64,000 nucleotides of DNA from Octopus bimaculoides (Eukaryota): contig NC_068986.1 in the NCBI RefSeq assembly GCF_001194135.2, forward strand, positions 91,715,718 through 91,779,717, read 5' to 3'. A program made the position numbers and the translations under genes. Under the pieces are notes generated by a model. That model did no database searches. It was given only the letters and a program-made list of their open reading frames with translations, and was not told where the DNA came from. How positions within the stretch are numbered: position 1 is the first letter of the stretch; each line of letters opens with the position of its first letter. Positions 63,207-64,000 of the stretch are shown here, one piece after another.

Positions 63207-63615
63207 CTCAAATTACCACCGTTTTGTAATATCAGCACAAGTTTGTGTTTGTCTGGAAGCTGTCCTTTGTTCAGACAGTTGGCATTTTGCTTCATTGTCA
63301 TGTCTGACATAGCTTTGTTTGATGTAGCTTTGTTTGATGTAGCTTTGTTTGATGTAGCTTTGTTTGATGTAGCTTTGTTTGATGCTGCCTTGTCTGACAC
63401 ACTTTTGTCTGATGCTACCTGATCTGCCTGGTTTGGCACAGCATCTCCTGTTGGCTGATCAACTCCATTTTGCAATGTGCACATTTGCTGAGCTGACCTG
63501 TGTAAGGCTGTTTTCTCCAAGCCTTCTAGAGAGCAATAATAATATGGTTTGGCTTTATCCAAAGGAGAAATCGGTTTCTTTGATGGCGAAGATGATTCCT
63601 CTCTGGATTTAGGGC
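63207..63615 (-). CDS. TTLL5: TTLL5-like tubulin polyglutamylase, internal exon (first in window; upstream exons lie beyond the right edge)
   Basis: Acceptor TTTCATGTAG| (phase 1) and donor TGAG|GTAAAT (phase 2). Encodes ...KAKPYYYCSLEGLEKT...(SNKAT)n...KHKLVLILQNGGNL(S), compared with human TTLL5 KFNLMQILQDNGNLS as recalled. Confidence 0.85.
63310..63384 (-). repeat. perfect 15-bp x5 coding tandem repeat encoding (SNKAT)n in the TTLL5 exon
   Basis: TAGCTTTGTTTGATG occurs five times on the + strand, with degenerate units continuing to about 63430. Confidence 0.95.
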
Positions 63616-64000
63616 CTACATGAAATTGAAAGCAAAAAGACAAAAAATATGAAGCATGTATAACAAAAAACAAAAACAAACAGTGAAACATCAAAGCAGT
63701 AACAAAATAAAATCTATTTTTCAATTACAACTCAAATTGTTTTACCTTAATTTGAAATTTAAAAAAAAAACATTTTAAATAATAAATTTGAAAAGAGCAA
63801 TAAAATTTTGGGAGTTTAACCTTATCATTAGAGATGAAGATTTAAAAAAAAAAATAATGTCTACACTACTTTCTGACTAAGTTGGTCTTCAACTACCATC
63901 ACCTATCTATTCTTGAATGTTAAACTAATACCAGACAGATCCTGAACCTCGATTGCTAAATTGCATCTACATGATTCCAAACATTTGTGAAAGCTCTATA

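Overview
AT-rich, microsatellite-dense animal genomic DNA from a gapped draft assembly, with about 15 N-runs, most flanked by simple repeats. The repeat families and composition look like an octopus or other coleoid cephalopod (inference, not verified). Two spliced protein-coding genes face each other tail-to-tail. (1) A + strand stum/SPEC3-family membrane protein gene with three coding exons (12473-13175; an exon partly hidden in the 22943-23342 gap and ending at 23407; 29986-30125). It has a roughly 205-aa low-complexity N-terminal extension containing a 12-aa repeat. (2) The 3' half of a - strand tubulin polyglutamylase TTLL5 orthologue, with six phase-consistent exons from 63615 down to 50393. 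Its catalytic 5' part lies beyond the right edge and its last exon(s) are unresolved. The rest is mostly decayed mobile DNA: six R4/Dong-type RLE retrotransposon fragments (several embedded in (AAT)n), RTE and CR1-like LINE pieces, a Penelope GIY-YIG fragment, mariner, DD37D (maT), hAT and pogo-like transposase relics, and several tRNA-derived SINE families. The most unusual observations are three sequence-distinct minimal hammerhead-ribozyme-like motifs (one forming the tail of a tRNA-headed SINE-like element), three long intronic fold-back palindromes, an alternating A/B 61-62-bp tandem array inside an RTE 3' UTR, and a perfect coding 15-bp VNTR in TTLL5. There is no CRISPR, rRNA or intact tRNA gene. 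Most ORFs in the supplied track are artefacts of microsatellites and N-gaps. All family assignments come from motif recognition by eye; no database searches were run.
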